The notes beneath the pieces were generated by a model. The model saw nothing but the letters and a program-made list of their open reading frames with translations. It searched no databases and was not told the origin of the DNA. Position numbers and translations under genes: made by a program. DNA of 64,000 nt from an uncultured Alphaproteobacteria bacterium (lineage in GTDB: Bacteria > Pseudomonadota > Alphaproteobacteria > Methylaequorales > Methylaequoraceae). Below are positions 27,282 to 38,240 of the stretch, one piece after another. Position 1 is the stretch's first letter, and each line of letters opens with the position of its first letter. The stretch is from contig CACHGK010000001.1 of assembly GCA_902579395.1 (NCBI GenBank), positions 64,504 through 128,503 of the forward strand. Direction: 5' to 3'.

Positions 27282-28873
27282 GAATTAATTAATTTTTTTA
27301 AATCCTCTAATATGGAAACATCTGATATAGGTTTATCCCATCTAATTCTTGAAAATCTTGGAAATCTTAATGCAACTCCAGACTTATGTCTGGAAGAAAC
27401 ATTGATATTATCAAAAGAAATTTCTATGACTAGACCAGGCTTAACAGATCTTACAGGCCCGAATCTTTCTGTTGTATTATTTCTAACCCAAAGATCAAGT
27501 TTTTTTAATTCTTCATTGGAATATCCAGAATAAGCCTTACCTACAGGCACAAGTTTTTCAAACTTATTATTAATCCAACAACCAAAAGTGAAATCTGAAT
27601 AAAAAGAGGATCGTTTACCGTGACCTCTTTGAGCATACATAATAATAAAATCAAAAGAATAAGGATCTCTTTTCCATTTGTACCAACCATTCAAAACTCT
27701 ACCTTTTTGGTAGATACTTTCTTTTTTTTTTACTACGACGCCTTCGACATGGTTATTAAGTGTGTTCTCTTTAATATTTTTCAAATGACCCCAACTAGAA
27801 AAATTAATAAGTTTAGATAATGAAATGTTATTAAGTTTTTTTAGTCTAATGAAATCATTAAGATAATTTCTTCTATCTAAAAAAGGTAATGATCTACAAT
27901 CCAAATCATTAAAAAAAAGAATATCATAAGCAATAAAATGAATAGGAAACTTATCAATTAATTTTTTAGAAACCTTTTTCCTACCAATTCTTTTTTGTAA
28001 ATTATTAAAAGAAAGAATATCTTCTCCTTTTTTAATAACTAATTCACCATCGACAACATAATAACCACTATCAGAAATATTTATATCAGGAAAAGATTGA
28101 GTTATATCCTCCCCACCTCTAGAGAAGATTTTTCCTATTTTCGAAAAAATTATTTGAGCCCTAATACCGTCCCATTTATATTCCGCAGTAAATTTGTTTG
28201 AATTTAGTTTTATAAATTCTTCATACTTAAAATTATTTGCTAACATAAAAGAATTGAATAATTGTTTCCTGTCAATATATCCTGGCAAGTTCTGTCCATC
28301 CAACCATTCAAAGAAGTCTTTAAAATGATATTGAAATCCATGAAAATATTCTTCAATTTCATTTGATGTTCTTGATCCATAAATAGTCAGTGATTCTTTT
28401 ATTATACCATAAGACACCCCTACTCTAAGCCCACCCGTTAAAATCTTTAAAATACAATATCTTTGATCTTCAGATGAACTATCGAGATTAAATTTAATCT
28501 TTTTTTTTAATTTTTCTTTATCACTACATTCTGATATTGATCTCATAAATTGACTTAAATTTATATTCGATCTTATATTTTCATTTGACTCCCATAACAA
28601 TGAAATTGTTTCTGCCAAGTCACCAACATAGTCATAAGAATATTTAAATAAAGTATTACCAACTTTCTCGGTAATCATTTCCTTTAAATCTTTGCTACTA
28701 AGAAATTTTCTTTCAAACCTATTTAAAAGTATTGATAATGCCCAAGCTTTATCTTCCAACCTGGATTTTTTAAAATATTTATAAATAAGTATAATTTTTT
28801 TTTTTTTGGAAGAAGTTAATAATAAATCATTTAATAATTGTGAAAAATTATTCATTCTCATCCTCAAATCCAA
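27278..28873 (-). CDS. ATP-dependent DNA ligase (ligase-associated DNA damage response cluster)
   Basis: 531 aa with adenylation motif I (AEYKWDGIRAQI, the KxDG motif) and the motifs VVDGELV, EGVVVKK and WYKWKRD, plus an OB-fold C-terminus. It overlaps the upstream exonuclease gene by 26 nt. Confidence 0.85.
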   Translation of the reverse strand: MDLRMRMNNFSQLLNDLLLTSSKKKKIILIYKYFKKSRLEDKAWALSILLNRFERKFLSSKDLKEMITEKVGNTLFKYSYDYVGDLAETISLLWESNENIRSNINLSQFMRSISECSDKEKLKKKIKFNLDSSSEDQRYCILKILTGGLRVGVSYGIIKESLTIYGSRTSNEIEEYFHGFQYHFKDFFEWLDGQNLPGYIDRKQLFNSFMLANNFKYEEFIKLNSNKFTAEYKWDGIRAQIIFSKIGKIFSRGGEDITQSFPDINISDSGYYVVDGELVIKKGEDILSFNNLQKRIGRKKVSKKLIDKFPIHFIAYDILFFNDLDCRSLPFLDRRNYLNDFIRLKKLNNISLSKLINFSSWGHLKNIKENTLNNHVEGVVVKKKESIYQKGRVLNGWYKWKRDPYSFDFIIMYAQRGHGKRSSFYSDFTFGCWINNKFEKLVPVGKAYSGYSNEELKKLDLWVRNNTTERFGPVRSVKPGLVIEISFDNINVSSRHKSGVALRFPRFSRIRWDKPISDVSILEDLKKLINS

Positions 28874-29861
28874 TTAAATTTAATGCACTACTTTGATAAT
28901 TTAAACTTTTAAGATAGTGAACTAACGCCTCTTCTCTTCCATGAGTAACTAATACTTCACTTGGATTTACATCATTTACAGTTTGGAGAATTCCGTTCCA
29001 ATCAACGTGATCTGAGATTATAATGGGTAGTTCAATATTTTTTTGTTTAACTCTTTGTTTAATTCTCATCCATCCGGAGACATAACCTTTAATTGTATTT
29101 TTAAATTTTTGAGACCATTTATCATTTAATGATGAAGGAGGACAAAGTATTAAATTACTTATTAATTCGGATGGCGATTTGTCAGAAACTTTTTGAACCC
29201 TTCCCAAACTAATACCAACCTCTGAGTAATATTCTGAGATTTTCATTAAAGCACCATGCAAGTATATTGTTTTTTCATATCCAAGATTCCTAAGTAAAGT
29301 AATAAGTCTTTGACACTTACCCAGTGCATAAACTCCAATTAAATGTGTAGATTTATCATTATTAGTTAGCGAGGTTATTAATTTTTTCGCTTCTTCTTTA
29401 TCATCTGGATGATTAAAAATTGGTAATCCAAATGTTGCTTCTGTAATAAAAGTATTACATTTTATAGGTTCATACGTTTTACAAGTTAAATCAAATGTTC
29501 TTTTATAATCTCCACTTATCAGTAATTTATAACCTTTATATTCAATTAAGAATTGAACACTTCCGAGTATATGTCCAGCAGGCAAAATACGAATTTTTAA
29601 ATTGTTTAAACTTACTGTTTCATCATAACGTATTGACTGGTGGGTAGAACAATAGTTGTTACCATACCTTAATTTCATTAGCTCTAAAGTTTCTTTTGAT
29701 GATAGAATTAGTTTATTATTTGGCCTTGCATGATCGGTGTGGGCGTGTGTTATTAAGGCACGGTGTACAGGTGCAATTGGATCAATAAAAAAATCTCCAG
29801 GAATGCAATATAAGCCTTGTTTTTTTTTTACTAACCAATTTATTTTTGTTTCTGTCATCAT
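28848..29861 (-). CDS. metallo-beta-lactamase-fold (beta-CASP-like) ligase-associated exonuclease
   Basis: 337 aa with ITHAHTDHA (HxHxDH), ATFG and a later THG motif. It sits directly upstream of the ligase. Confidence 0.75.
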   Translation of the reverse strand: MMTETKINWLVKKKQGLYCIPGDFFIDPIAPVHRALITHAHTDHARPNNKLILSSKETLELMKLRYGNNYCSTHQSIRYDETVSLNNLKIRILPAGHILGSVQFLIEYKGYKLLISGDYKRTFDLTCKTYEPIKCNTFITEATFGLPIFNHPDDKEEAKKLITSLTNNDKSTHLIGVYALGKCQRLITLLRNLGYEKTIYLHGALMKISEYYSEVGISLGRVQKVSDKSPSELISNLILCPPSSLNDKWSQKFKNTIKGYVSGWMRIKQRVKQKNIELPIIISDHVDWNGILQTVNDVNPSEVLVTHGREEALVHYLKSLNYQSSALNLIGFEDENE

Positions 29862-29890
29862 TATATATTATCTAAATAATTCTTATTTCA

Positions 29891-32215
29891 ATGAACGATT
29901 TAAAATTACCAACAAAACTTATAAATTTTCTTGAAAAAAAAGATTGGAAACTCTTTGATTATCAAATTAATTTTCTTAAAGATTTAAATAACTCTTCCAT
30001 AAGTAGATTTTTAATTTCATCTGATACTGGGACTGGAAAAACGATATCTTTATTCCTACCCGTGATAATCGATAATCTAAACAAACAAAATACAAAAATC
30101 ATCTATATATCCCCATTAAAATCAATTCTTTCAGATCTTTATGACAATTTAAAAATTATTATATCCGAGCTAGGTCTAAATATTGGAATTGACAAAAGAA
30201 CTGGTGACGAATCGTCATTAAAAAAAAAGAAGCAACTAGAAAACCCTAATAATATTATTTTAACTACTCCAGAATCACTTGCTTTAATGATTACTAAAAA
30301 AGAGTCTGATAAAATATTCGAACAAACTGATTATTTAGCAGTAGATGAACTTAATGAAATTATAAATAATAAAAGAGGCGACCAATTAGCACTAGTAATC
30401 TCCAGAATTTTAGATTTTAATAACAAAATCAAACTATTCAGTTCTTCAACTAACATAGCAAATTATAAATATCTCAGCAACTGGCTTTCATTTAATAAAA
30501 AAACAAAAATTATTAAAAATAAATTTAGCAAAGCTTTAAAACTTGATATTTCTCTTTTAGATAACACACCTGACTCTGGACATTCAGCACATTTTGCGAT
30601 TGATAAAATTTATAGAATAGCAAAAAATAGAAAAACAATTATTTTTGTTAATACTAGAGCTCAATCAGAAATTTTATTTAAAAACTTGTTTGTAAAATAT
30701 CCCGATATGAAGATAGGTATATATCATAGTTCTTTATCAAAAAAAATAAGGCAGGAGACAGAACAAAAAATAAAAAATAATGAAATAAATTCAATAATAA
30801 GTACTTCGGCATTGGAAATGGGCATTGATTGGAAGAATATTGAGATGGTAATTAATATTGGAACACCAAAAAGTGTTAATAGGCTCATACAAAGGACAGG
30901 AAGATCAAATCATAATTACAAACAAATTTCTAAATCAATAATAATACCAACAAATAAATTTGAATATCTCGAGTCTATTGCACTAAGAAATTTAATAAAA
31001 AAAAAATCTTATGATCATGTAAATGAAAAGAAAGGATCGAAAGATGTTTTGTGTCAACATATTCTGTTAATTTCATGTCACTCCAGTTTTTCCCCAAAAA
31101 ATTCTTATAATTCAATTAAAAAATCATATCCATATAAAAATCTTTCAATTAATGAATTCAACTCAATATTATCATTCGTTTATGATGGCGGATACGTTCT
31201 TAAACAATACAAAAATTGGACGAAATTAAAAAAATTAGAAAATGGACAATATCAAATCAAAGATAAAATAATAAAAAGACAAGTACTCATGAATGTTGGA
31301 ACAATAATTGATTCAGGCACTTTCAAAGTAATTACCTCAAGGGGTAAATTATTAGGTACTGTTGAAGAGTCATTTTTTAATTCAATTAAAGTTAAAGGAA
31401 CTTTTATATTTGCTGGATTAACACTTACTTGTAAAAAAATAAATAATGATGAAATAATTGTTGAGTCAAGAAACAAAAAATCTAATAAAGTTCCAGTTTA
31501 TTGGGGCGGAACAATATCAGTAAAATCAAACCTTTCAGATGAAATTCTAAAGATTTTAAAAAATTATAACAAACAAAATTTTCCTAATCAGATAAATAAA
31601 TTCTTAAATAGACAAAAAATGTACTCTAGTATTCCAGAAAGAGAGCAAATTCTTATTGAAAACTTTCCTTATAAAAACGGTCAATATATTTTCTTTCATA
31701 CATTTCTTGGAAAAGAAACAAATCAAACTGTTTCAAATTTATTAATAAATTTTTTAAATAATAATAATCTTTATACATTAAGTTATATTTTAAATGATTA
31801 CTCTTTTGGAATTTTCTTCAATAATGAAAAAAAATTTAAAAAGAAATATTTAGAAAAATTTTTTCTTTCGAGCTTTAAAAATTTAAATTCTCTTGATACA
31901 GGCATTGCAAAAAGAATATTTAAAGAAATAGCCATGATAAGTGGTTTAATAAAAAAAAATGATATTTATTCAATGAAAAAAAGTAAAAATTTTGTAAATA
32001 GTGACATTATTTTTGACACGTTAAGAAAATATGAGCCAGAACACATCATTCTAAAAATCACAAAAGAAGAGATTGATAATCATCTTATTCAATCAAGTCA
32101 AATTGAGAGATTGAAAAAGACTAAATTCAAATATATAGAGTTAAATTATTACTCTGAGTTTTCTAAATCATTAATAATGGAAAAAGAAAAAGTAAAAATA
32201 AATGAATTAATATGA
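29891..32215 (+). CDS. ligase-associated Lhr-core-like superfamily 2 helicase
   Basis: 774 aa. Motif I is SSDTGTGKT. Motif II reads VDELNE where DExH is expected. Also present are KRGDQLALVISRI, motif VI QRTGRSNH and a long winged-helix-like C-terminal region. Confidence 0.8.
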   Translation: MNDLKLPTKLINFLEKKDWKLFDYQINFLKDLNNSSISRFLISSDTGTGKTISLFLPVIIDNLNKQNTKIIYISPLKSILSDLYDNLKIIISELGLNIGIDKRTGDESSLKKKKQLENPNNIILTTPESLALMITKKESDKIFEQTDYLAVDELNEIINNKRGDQLALVISRILDFNNKIKLFSSSTNIANYKYLSNWLSFNKKTKIIKNKFSKALKLDISLLDNTPDSGHSAHFAIDKIYRIAKNRKTIIFVNTRAQSEILFKNLFVKYPDMKIGIYHSSLSKKIRQETEQKIKNNEINSIISTSALEMGIDWKNIEMVINIGTPKSVNRLIQRTGRSNHNYKQISKSIIIPTNKFEYLESIALRNLIKKKSYDHVNEKKGSKDVLCQHILLISCHSSFSPKNSYNSIKKSYPYKNLSINEFNSILSFVYDGGYVLKQYKNWTKLKKLENGQYQIKDKIIKRQVLMNVGTIIDSGTFKVITSRGKLLGTVEESFFNSIKVKGTFIFAGLTLTCKKINNDEIIVESRNKKSNKVPVYWGGTISVKSNLSDEILKILKNYNKQNFPNQINKFLNRQKMYSSIPEREQILIENFPYKNGQYIFFHTFLGKETNQTVSNLLINFLNNNNLYTLSYILNDYSFGIFFNNEKKFKKKYLEKFFLSSFKNLNSLDTGIAKRIFKEIAMISGLIKKNDIYSMKKSKNFVNSDIIFDTLRKYEPEHIILKITKEEIDNHLIQSSQIERLKKTKFKYIELNYYSEFSKSLIMEKEKVKINELI

Positions 32216-32898
32216 CTCATCTTAATCTAAAAAAAAGAATTTTTGATTTCAACTTAATCTTTGATAGATCTGGAGTCTTATTTATAGAAGATACAAAAAC
32301 ACTCCTAGTTTCTGATCTTCATTTGGGTAAGAGTATCTCTATGAACAAAAACGGTAATCTTATACCTCCTTATGATAACATGGAAACAATAATAAATTTA
32401 AAAAAGATGATTTCATATTACAAACCTAATCAAGTTATTTCGTTAGGAGATACCTTCCATGAGAATTCTTCAGTTCAAACAATGGAAAAGAATTTTCTAA
32501 ATGAAATTAAATGTATGACAAAAAAAATTAAATTCGTTTGGATAATAGGCAATCATGACAATAGTCTGATAAATAGTAAAAAGCTAGGTGGAAATTTTCT
32601 CGAAAATTTAAGTCAAGATAATTTGTTTTTTACACATATTAAAACAAAGAACTTGAATAAAAAATATTTTGAGTTTTCAGGACATTATCATCCAAAAACT
32701 TTTTTAAAAATTAATAATTCTAGATATTATTATAAATGCTTTGTTATAGGGCAAAATTTTTGTATTTTACCTTCTTTTGGATATTATACTGGCGGAACTG
32801 ATGTCAAATTAAGTATATTTAAAGAGATAAAAAACCAAAATATTCAACTTATAATTCTTGGAAAAAGAAAAATCATTCAACAAAAATATACACTATGA
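32212..32898 (+). CDS. pdeM: ligase-associated metallophosphoesterase (PdeM-type nuclease)
   Basis: 228 aa with calcineurin-like motifs: VSDLHLGK, LGDTFHE, GNHD and GHYHP. It overlaps the helicase gene by 4 nt. Confidence 0.7.
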   Translation: MTHLNLKKRIFDFNLIFDRSGVLFIEDTKTLLVSDLHLGKSISMNKNGNLIPPYDNMETIINLKKMISYYKPNQVISLGDTFHENSSVQTMEKNFLNEIKCMTKKIKFVWIIGNHDNSLINSKKLGGNFLENLSQDNLFFTHIKTKNLNKKYFEFSGHYHPKTFLKINNSRYYYKCFVIGQNFCILPSFGYYTGGTDVKLSIFKEIKNQNIQLIILGKRKIIQQKYTL

Positions 32899-33590
32899 TC
32901 CCACTTAAAGACGATAATCCTACAAAAAATAAAACATATGTTAGATTTATTATTCTTTCAATTTGTACCTTAGTTTTTATCTTACAAATTTCCACTGAAA
33001 ACAGAGATTTTTATACATACTATTTTGGATTTAAACCAGCATCACTCTTTTTGGATGATCATTCTACTTTTTTTCCAATACTTACCATATTTACTTCACT
33101 TTTCATGCACGGTGGATGGATGCATTTTTTAGGTAACATGCTTTATTTATGGATATTTGCAGATAATGTAGAAGATATATTTGGAAAAAAGAAATTCATA
33201 ATTTTTTATCTTGTTTCTGGAGTTTTTGCATCCTTATCACAGGCTTTGGTAGATTTAAATTCCAATATTCCTATGATCGGCGCTTCAGGTGCGATTGCAG
33301 GTGTACTTGGGGCTTATTTAAGATTATTTCCGAGAGCTAAAGTCTTAGTTTTATTTCCTTTTATTATTTTTTTTACATTCAGAATACCTGCTTCAATCTT
33401 ATTGATAATTTGGTTTTTTTTTCAATTCCTCAACTTAAGCGATCAAGGCTCAAATGTAGCATGGATTGCACATATCGGCGGATTTTTATTTGGATTTATA
33501 TACTCAATATTATTTGAATCATCACATAGAATTATAAAAAAAAGCGAAGGTAAATCAATATTTCTGAACAAAAAAGGTCCGTGGGATTAG
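32895..33590 (+). CDS. rhomboid-family intramembrane serine protease
   Basis: 231 aa with HGGWMHFLGNMLYLW, the catalytic Ser in GASGAIAGVLGAY and the catalytic His in AHIGGFLFG. Confidence 0.85.
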   Translation: MIPLKDDNPTKNKTYVRFIILSICTLVFILQISTENRDFYTYYFGFKPASLFLDDHSTFFPILTIFTSLFMHGGWMHFLGNMLYLWIFADNVEDIFGKKKFIIFYLVSGVFASLSQALVDLNSNIPMIGASGAIAGVLGAYLRLFPRAKVLVLFPFIIFFTFRIPASILLIIWFFFQFLNLSDQGSNVAWIAHIGGFLFGFIYSILFESSHRIIKKSEGKSIFLNKKGPWD

Positions 33591-34747
33591 TTTATATTAA
33601 AAAATCTTAAAATTTCATCCTCGTCCTGATTTAATTCGGGTGCTAACTCCATTTCTTCATTTTTTTTACAGAAAGAAAAATGCAAAGGACTTTTAGTAAC
33701 TTTAATTATTTTATTTGGATTCATTTTGTATTCTCCAACCATTTTTCTGAAATTAACCTGTTTATTATTAACAACATCTCCTATATTGTTAATCATTGCA
33801 CATGGAATTTTCCCCTTTCCAAATATTTTAATCCAATTTTTTGAGTTTTTTTTTGATAATTTTTGTTCTATTCTCTCTTTCAATTCTTTTAGGTTTATAC
33901 ACCTATTAAGATTTGAATTATATTTTTTATCTTTATGCATTTTAAGATCATCAATTAATACACAAAATTCTTTAAATAATTTTTCATTTCCAATAGCTAT
34001 TACAATTTTTTCATCTTTAGTTTGAAAAGCACCAAATGGTGCAATTGAAGGATGATCTGTTCCCAAGGGAATTGGATTAACATTATCAATAGAAAACCTA
34101 GCTATTGCATTTTCTAAAATCGCAACTTGACAATCCAACATACTTAAATCTAATTTAGAACCTAAATCAGTTTTGTTTCTAAAAATTAGTTGACTTAGGA
34201 TACCAATTACACAAAAAAGACTAGATGCTATATCACCTATAGATGTACCAACCCTGACAACATTTTCACTATCTTGACCAGTAAGACTCATCAACCCTCC
34301 CATTGCTTGAACTATTACATCATATGCTGGTTGATCTTTTAATGGACCTGTTTCACCATAACCACTTATTTTACCATGAATTAATTTAGGAAATTTTTTG
34401 GATAAATAACTCCAATCATAACCAATCTTTTCTAATGTGCCAGGTTTAAAATTATCAATAAGAACGTCGGATTTAGTTAGAATTTTCTCAAATATTTTTT
34501 GGTGTTTCTTAGATTTGAGATTAAGTAATATGCTTTTTTTTCCCCTATTTAAAGATACAAAATAACAAGACTTTTCATCAATAAATGGTCCAAATTTCCT
34601 AGAGTCGTCTCCACCAGGCTTTTCCACTTTAATTATTTTTGCTCCAAGATCACGCAAAATCATCGTTGCATAAGGTCCTGACAATACATTTGTAAGATCT
34701 AATACTACAATACCTTCGAGTGGCAAATTATTTATTTTTTTTTCCAA
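33587..34747 (-). CDS. family III CoA-transferase (CaiB/BaiF)
   Basis: 386 aa with a TTG start. It carries GIVVLDLTNVLSGPYATMILRDLGAKIIKVEKPGGDDSR, typical of CoA-transferase family III. Confidence 0.8.
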   Translation of the reverse strand: MEKKINNLPLEGIVVLDLTNVLSGPYATMILRDLGAKIIKVEKPGGDDSRKFGPFIDEKSCYFVSLNRGKKSILLNLKSKKHQKIFEKILTKSDVLIDNFKPGTLEKIGYDWSYLSKKFPKLIHGKISGYGETGPLKDQPAYDVIVQAMGGLMSLTGQDSENVVRVGTSIGDIASSLFCVIGILSQLIFRNKTDLGSKLDLSMLDCQVAILENAIARFSIDNVNPIPLGTDHPSIAPFGAFQTKDEKIVIAIGNEKLFKEFCVLIDDLKMHKDKKYNSNLNRCINLKELKERIEQKLSKKNSKNWIKIFGKGKIPCAMINNIGDVVNNKQVNFRKMVGEYKMNPNKIIKVTKSPLHFSFCKKNEEMELAPELNQDEDEILRFFNIN

Positions 34748-34789
34748 TAAAATACTTGAGATTTTTTTTTAATATTATCAAAATAAAGC

Positions 34790-37372
34790 ATGAATTTTGA
34801 TCAATTCAATGAAAAAAGTAAAATAATAATTAATGATGCTCAAAATAAAGCCATTTCATTGAATAATCAGCAAGTGACTGTTGTTCATCTCCTATTTTCA
34901 ATATTCAACACGGAAGACGAATTTATAGGAGAAATAATAAGAACATGTAATTTAAAAAAATCAAATATCTTAAATCATATTGAATTAAATTTAAAAAAAA
35001 TTGCAAGGGTTTCTGGAACAAATATTAATTTTTTTTTCTCAAATGATTTAATTAAAGTTTTAGAAAATTCAAAAGAAATAAAAAATGACTTTAATGATTC
35101 TTTCGTTTCCCCAGAAATTATATTATACAGTATTTTGTGTGAAGTTAATTCAGATATTACCGAATTTTTAAAAAAAAATGATTTAGATAAAGAAAAATTA
35201 AAATTTGTAATTCTTAAATTAAGAAAGGGGCAAACCATAGACGATAACAAAACATCAATTGAAACAGATGTACTAAAGAAATACTCTGTTGATCTAACTG
35301 AATTGGCAAGAGTTGGTAAACTAGATCCGGTAATAGGAAGAGAAGAAGAAATTAGAAGAAGTATTCAGGTCCTATCAAGACGAACAAAAAACAATCCTGT
35401 GCTAATAGGTGAACCCGGTGTTGGTAAAACGGCAATTGTTGAGGGTTTAGCTCTAAGAATAATCAATAATGACGTGCCTGATTCACTAAAAAATAAAAAA
35501 GTTTTTTCGTTAGATCTTGGATCTTTAGTCGCTGGAGCTAAGTTTAGAGGAGATTTTGAAGAGAGGTTAAAAAAAATACTTAAAGAAGTAAGTGAAAACG
35601 AAAACTCATTAATTTTATTTATAGATGAAATACATACCCTTGTGGGAGCTGGTAAGTCAGATGGAGCAATGGATGCATCAAATCTGTTAAAACCTGCCCT
35701 TGCTAGAGGAGAATTGCACTGTATTGGTGCAACAACACTTAATGAATATAGAGAAAATATTGAAAAAGATACTGCTTTAGCACGGAGATTTCAACAGGTT
35801 CTAATTGAAGAGCCTTCTATTGAAGATTCAATTTCGATTTTGAGAGGTTTGAAAGAAAAGTATGAAGTTCATCATGGAGTGAAGATTCTTGACTCAGCAA
35901 TTGTATCAGCAGTAGAGTTATCAACAAGGTATATCAACGATAGATTTTTACCTGATAAGGCAATTGATCTAATGGACGAAGCAGCTTCAAGAATAAGACT
36001 CCAAATTGATTCAAAACCTGAAAAATTAGATAAAATAGAGAGAAAGATTCTTCAAAGTAAAATTGAATACGAGAGTTTAAAAAAAGAAAATGATAAAAAG
36101 TCCAATGACAGAGCTATTAATTTAGAAGAAGAAATAAAAAAATTAGAAAAAGAATTTGATGAATATAATAAAAATTGGAAAAAAGAAAAAGAAAAAATTT
36201 TGGATATTCAAAAATTAAAATCAACAATTGATCACAATAAAAATATTTTAAATATTTTGCAAAGAGAAGGAAAATTATCAGAAGCAGGTGAATTAGCTTA
36301 CAGCAAGATACCAAACCTAGAAAATGAGTTAAAACAATTAGAATCAAAAAAAGAACAAAAGATACTCAGTAAATCTGTTTCAGCTGATGAAATAGCAGAG
36401 GTAATTTCCAAAGCAACAGGGATTCCTGTAGAAAGAATGCTAGAGGGTGAAAAACAAAAAATCATCAATATGGAGAGTGAACTCAAAAAAAAAGTTATTG
36501 GACAAGATAAAGCAATAGAAAAAATTTCAAAATCTGTTTTAAGATCTAGAGCAGGAATTCAAGATCCAAATAGACCAATTGGAATTTTTCTATTTTTAGG
36601 ACCTACTGGTGTTGGAAAAACCGAACTAACAAAAATTGTATCTGAATTTCTTTTTAATAATTCTCAATCTTTATTTAGATTAGATATGTCAGAATATATG
36701 GAAAAACACTCTATTTCAAAATTAATTGGATCTCCTCCAGGTTATGTAGGTTATGAAAGCGGAGGAATTTTGACTGAAAGTATAAGACGAAAACCCTATC
36801 AACTAATACTTTTAGATGAAATTGAGAAAGCACATTCAGATGTATTCAACTTACTGTTACAAGTCTTTGATGAGGGTAGATTAACTGATTCTCAGGGGAG
36901 ATTAGTTAATTTTAAAAATACTTTAATTATTATGACTTCAAATATAGGCGCCGAACTTATAAATTTTTCAGAGGATCAAAAAAGTGAAATAGAAATTTTT
37001 ACTCAAGAAAAAATAAAAGATGTAGTAAAAAAAAAATTCAAACCTGAATTTTTGAATAGAATAGATGACTTAATTATTTTTAACAGATTAACTAAGAATG
37101 AAATACAAAAGATTATACAAATTCAAATAGAAGAATTAAGAAAATTACTTAAACAAAGAAAAATATTAATAGAAATAGACCAAAAAGCCAAAGATTGGAT
37201 TTCAAATGAAGGATTTTCAACAACCTATGGTGCGAGACCCTTAAAAAGATTAATTCAAACTGAAATAATTGATAAAATTGCCAACTTAATAATGAGCAAC
37301 CAAATAAAAGAAGAGGCAAAACTTATAATTACAACTAATAAGAAAAGTGAGTTAGAAATAATTTATGCATAA
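34790..37372 (+). CDS. clpB: ATP-dependent chaperone/disaggregase ClpB
   Basis: 860 aa with a Clp N-domain and two AAA+ modules ([13 protein letters not shown] and [12 protein letters not shown]). A long coiled-coil middle domain and RPLKRLIQ are also present. Confidence 0.97.
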   Translation: MNFDQFNEKSKIIINDAQNKAISLNNQQVTVVHLLFSIFNTEDEFIGEIIRTCNLKKSNILNHIELNLKKIARVSGTNINFFFSNDLIKVLENSKEIKNDFNDSFVSPEIILYSILCEVNSDITEFLKKNDLDKEKLKFVILKLRKGQTIDDNKTSIETDVLKKYSVDLTELARVGKLDPVIGREEEIRRSIQVLSRRTKNNPVLIGEPGVGKTAIVEGLALRIINNDVPDSLKNKKVFSLDLGSLVAGAKFRGDFEERLKKILKEVSENENSLILFIDEIHTLVGAGKSDGAMDASNLLKPALARGELHCIGATTLNEYRENIEKDTALARRFQQVLIEEPSIEDSISILRGLKEKYEVHHGVKILDSAIVSAVELSTRYINDRFLPDKAIDLMDEAASRIRLQIDSKPEKLDKIERKILQSKIEYESLKKENDKKSNDRAINLEEEIKKLEKEFDEYNKNWKKEKEKILDIQKLKSTIDHNKNILNILQREGKLSEAGELAYSKIPNLENELKQLESKKEQKILSKSVSADEIAEVISKATGIPVERMLEGEKQKIINMESELKKKVIGQDKAIEKISKSVLRSRAGIQDPNRPIGIFLFLGPTGVGKTELTKIVSEFLFNNSQSLFRLDMSEYMEKHSISKLIGSPPGYVGYESGGILTESIRRKPYQLILLDEIEKAHSDVFNLLLQVFDEGRLTDSQGRLVNFKNTLIIMTSNIGAELINFSEDQKSEIEIFTQEKIKDVVKKKFKPEFLNRIDDLIIFNRLTKNEIQKIIQIQIEELRKLLKQRKILIEIDQKAKDWISNEGFSTTYGARPLKRLIQTEIIDKIANLIMSNQIKEEAKLIITTNKKSELEIIYA

Positions 37373-38240
37373 AAATGTTGGTATAATTGGACTTGGAATT
37401 ATGGGATATCATATAGCATCTCATTTGATAAAAAAGAAATCAATTCATATTTTAGAAAGAGAATCAAAGAAGACCCAAGATTTTATTAAAAGGTTTGGAA
37501 AGAACAAAAATTTCACTTTACATAGAAAGCTGAATGAAATATCCAATAATTGTTCATTTATTATTACTTGTGTGGGTGACGATAATGATCTTAATCAGAT
37601 TTTTTTTGGTAAAGATAGTATTCTCGAAGGCATCAAAAAAAACTCTGTGATAATAGATCATACAACAGCTTCTGTGAAGGTAACAAGAAAACTCTATAAG
37701 GTGTGTAGAAAAAAAAAATCATTTTTTTTTGATGCACCAATGAGTGGTGGAGAAATAGGAGCTAAAAAAGGAAATTTATCGTTAATGGTTGGAGGAGATA
37801 AATCAAAGTATGAATTACTTAAAAAAATTTCAAGTATTTACTCTAAGTCTGTAGTTTATATGGGAAAAAGTGGATCAGGTCAACTAACTAAAATGGTGAA
37901 CCAAATTTGTGTTGCATCCATAATTCAAGGACTCGCAGAAGGTATAAATTTCGCAAAGAAAAAAAAATTAAATATTGATGACCTTATTAAGGTAATTAAA
38001 AATGGAGCAGCGCAATCATGGCAACTTGAAAATAGAGCAAAAACAATGTGGAAAAATGAGTTTAATTTTGGTTTTATGAATAAACTTATGCTTAAAGACT
38101 TGAATCTAATATTTGAGGAAATAAAAAACTCAAATCATAAACTGCCAATAACAAAAGTAATAAAAGGAAAATATAAAAAACTCACAAGCATGGGTTTTGA
38201 AAAAGAGGATACATCAAATTTAATAAGGTTGTTGAGATAA
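37365..38240 (+). CDS. NAD(P)-dependent beta-hydroxyacid dehydrogenase (3-hydroxyisobutyrate dehydrogenase family)
   Basis: 291 aa with a Rossmann motif (VGIIGLGIMGYHIA) and DAPMSGGEIGAKKGNLSLMVGG. It overlaps clpB by 8 nt. Confidence 0.75.
   Translation: MHKNVGIIGLGIMGYHIASHLIKKKSIHILERESKKTQDFIKRFGKNKNFTLHRKLNEISNNCSFIITCVGDDNDLNQIFFGKDSILEGIKKNSVIIDHTTASVKVTRKLYKVCRKKKSFFFDAPMSGGEIGAKKGNLSLMVGGDKSKYELLKKISSIYSKSVVYMGKSGSGQLTKMVNQICVASIIQGLAEGINFAKKKKLNIDDLIKVIKNGAAQSWQLENRAKTMWKNEFNFGFMNKLMLKDLNLIFEEIKNSNHKLPITKVIKGKYKKLTSMGFEKEDTSNLIRLLR

Noticed and set aside
34748-34789. Possible sigma32 heat-shock promoter in front of clpB (CTTGAG at 34755-34760).
   Set aside because: Only the -35-like CTTGA is present. 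No CCCCAT or CYTAT -10 element lies at a suitable distance.
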